A DNA stretch of 64,000 bases from Thermoguttaceae bacterium (lineage in GTDB: Bacteria > Planctomycetota > Planctomycetia > Pirellulales > Thermoguttaceae). The stretch's first letter is position 1; every line of letters begins with the position of its first letter. Below, piece by piece: positions 62,604 through 64,000 of this stretch. The position numbers were made by a program, and so were the translations under genes. Below the pieces are notes generated by a model. That model did no database searches. It saw nothing but the letters and a program-made list of their open reading frames with translations, and had not been told where the DNA came from. The stretch covers positions 182,977 to 246,976 of the forward strand of contig CAXXQT010000008.1 in assembly GCA_963674575.2 (NCBI GenBank), given 5' to 3'.

Positions 62604-64000
62604 TCCTCTCTGATTTTTCCGTCCGGCGACCGGTGGCCATGGGCTGCCTGATCATCGGATTAACTTTGTTGGGAATGAACTCCTATCGCAAGATGGGCCT
62701 GGAACTCATGCCCAAAATGGACGCCCCGTTCGTCACGGTGGTGACCATCTATCCGGGAGCGGCCCCCGAGGAACTGGAGACTGACGTCGCCAAGCGGATT
62801 GAAGACGCCGTGGTCTCGATCGACGGTCTCAAGCACGCCAGCTCCACGTGCATGGAGAACGTGTGCCAAACGCTCCTTGAGTTCCAGATGGACGTCGACG
62901 TCGATGTGGCGGCGACGGACGTGCGCGAGAAGATCGACGCCGTCAGCGCCGATTTCCCCGCCGACGTCGAGGATCCCATCATCCAGAAGTTCGACATCAA
63001 CGCCAAGCCCATCGTCAACATGGCGTTGACTGGAGAGGTCCCCCTCGACGAATTGTACGACTACGCCGACAACACGCTCAGCGACCGGCTTACCGTCATC
63101 TCCGGGGTGGCGGAGGTCCAACTGATCGGCGGGGCCGAGCGGGAAGTGCATGTGGAACTCGATCGCGAGAAGCTCGCGGCTCGCGGCCTGACGAGCATGA
63201 ACGTGGTCCAGGCGATCCAGAGCGCCGTGCGGACGATTCCGTCGGGCCGCCTGCGGGATCGCGGTTCGGAGTATTCGGTGAAGTTCGATGCCGACTACGA
63301 CGAAGTGGCCGACATTGCCGACCTCGAGGTGGCCAACGACAGCGGCCATCGCTGCCACATTCGGGATATCGGCCAGGTGCGCATGACCACCGAGGAACTT
63401 CGCCAGAAGGCCACGGTCGACGGGCGACCCTGCATCGCCATCAAGGTCGTCAAGAAGGCCGACGCCAACGCCGTCAAGGTGGCCAATGCGGTCCGCGGGG
63501 CCATGACGGACCTCGAAGCCCAACTGCCCGGCGGAATGGAACTGCTTTGGGTCGACGACGACGGCCGCTTCATTGAGGCCAATAACCTGGATGCGTGGAC
63601 CAACGTGTTCCAGGGGATCCTGCTCACCGCCGCAATCCTGTTCCTGTTTCTCTACAACATTCGCGCCCTCTTCGTCGTGGCCATTTCCATGCCGCTGACG
63701 ATCCTCATCGGCCTGTTCTTCATGCAGGCCGTCGGCTACACGCTCAATACCTCGACGCTCATCGCCATCGGCATGTCGGTCGGCGTCCTCGTGACCAACT
63801 CGATCGTCGTCCTCGAAGCTATCGATAAGCGGTTGAACGAATCCGGCGACCCCAAGAAGGCCTCCCGGCTCGGCGCCAAGGAAGCCTTCATCGCCGTCCT
63901 GGCCAGTGCCGGAACGAACGTCGTCGTCTTGTTCCCGCTCACGGTCATGTCCAGCAAAATGGGCATGTTCATCGGCCCCCTGGCCATGACCATGTTCATC
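62600..64000 (+). CDS. RND-family efflux pump (AcrB-like), N-terminal 467 codons; continues beyond the window
   Basis: Not in the ORF track because it runs off the edge. GTG at 62600 overlaps the MFP stop (GTGA). Translation gives VILSDFSVRRPVAMGCLIIGLTLLGMNSYRKMGLELMPKMDAPFVTVVTIYPGAAPEELETDVAKRIEDAV. Confidence 0.85.
   Translation, partial: MILSDFSVRRPVAMGCLIIGLTLLGMNSYRKMGLELMPKMDAPFVTVVTIYPGAAPEELETDVAKRIEDAVVSIDGLKHASSTCMENVCQTLLEFQMDVDVDVAATDVREKIDAVSADFPADVEDPIIQKFDINAKPIVNMALTGEVPLDELYDYADNTLSDRLTVISGVAEVQLIGGAEREVHVELDREKLAARGLTSMNVVQAIQSAVRTIPSGRLRDRGSEYSVKFDADYDEVADIADLEVANDSGHRCHIRDIGQVRMTTEELRQKATVDGRPCIAIKVVKKADANAVKVANAVRGAMTDLEAQLPGGMELLWVDDDGRFIEANNLDAWTNVFQGILLTAAILFLFLYNIRALFVVAISMPLTILIGLFFMQAVGYTLNTSTLIAIGMSVGVLVTNSIVVLEAIDKRLNESGDPKKASRLGAKEAFIAVLASAGTNVVVLFPLTVMSSKMGMFIGPLAMTMFI

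Overview
This is a high-GC (about 60-65% by eye) chromosomal segment, almost certainly from a member of the Planctomycetota. The evidence is a DUF1559 prepilin-like protein with the H-X9-DG motif, a sulfatase, several 800-1300 aa secreted beta-propeller/LamG/CXXCH proteins, BlaI/BlaR1-like and ECF-sigma/FecR pairs, and at least four families of GC-rich palindromic REP-like repeats in intergenic DNA. I support about 48 protein-coding genes. Recognisable core genes are an HtrA-like protease, a T2SS-F protein, a PAS/PP2C phosphatase, a parvulin PPIase, GH43, an ABC transporter, trpE, mcsA-mcsB, a ClC channel, a heparinase II/III-like protein, recG, and a TetR + RND efflux set (MFP, RND pump, NodT-type OMF). 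Accessory content comes in three places. There is a RES-Xre toxin-antitoxin pair at 12.3-13.2 kb and a small two-gene cassette at 20.7-21.9 kb. The most notable is a lower-GC ~5.5 kb island directly after recG (about 49.1-54.8 kb). It holds an HNH nuclease, an NYN RNase beside a candidate promoter-to-terminator small RNA, a relic of a type I hsdM gene, two Cys-rich small proteins, a bPH membrane protein and a glycine-zipper/SUKH-like pair. No combination of these matches a named defence system that I recognise. A ~180-nt repeat (family C, four good copies plus one fragment) brackets both accessory loci. I found no rRNA, tRNA or CRISPR array by eye. Many long ORFs in the track are antisense shadows typical of GC-rich DNA. 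All domain calls come from reading motifs in the translations, not from database searches. Several start codons were moved relative to the ORF track.
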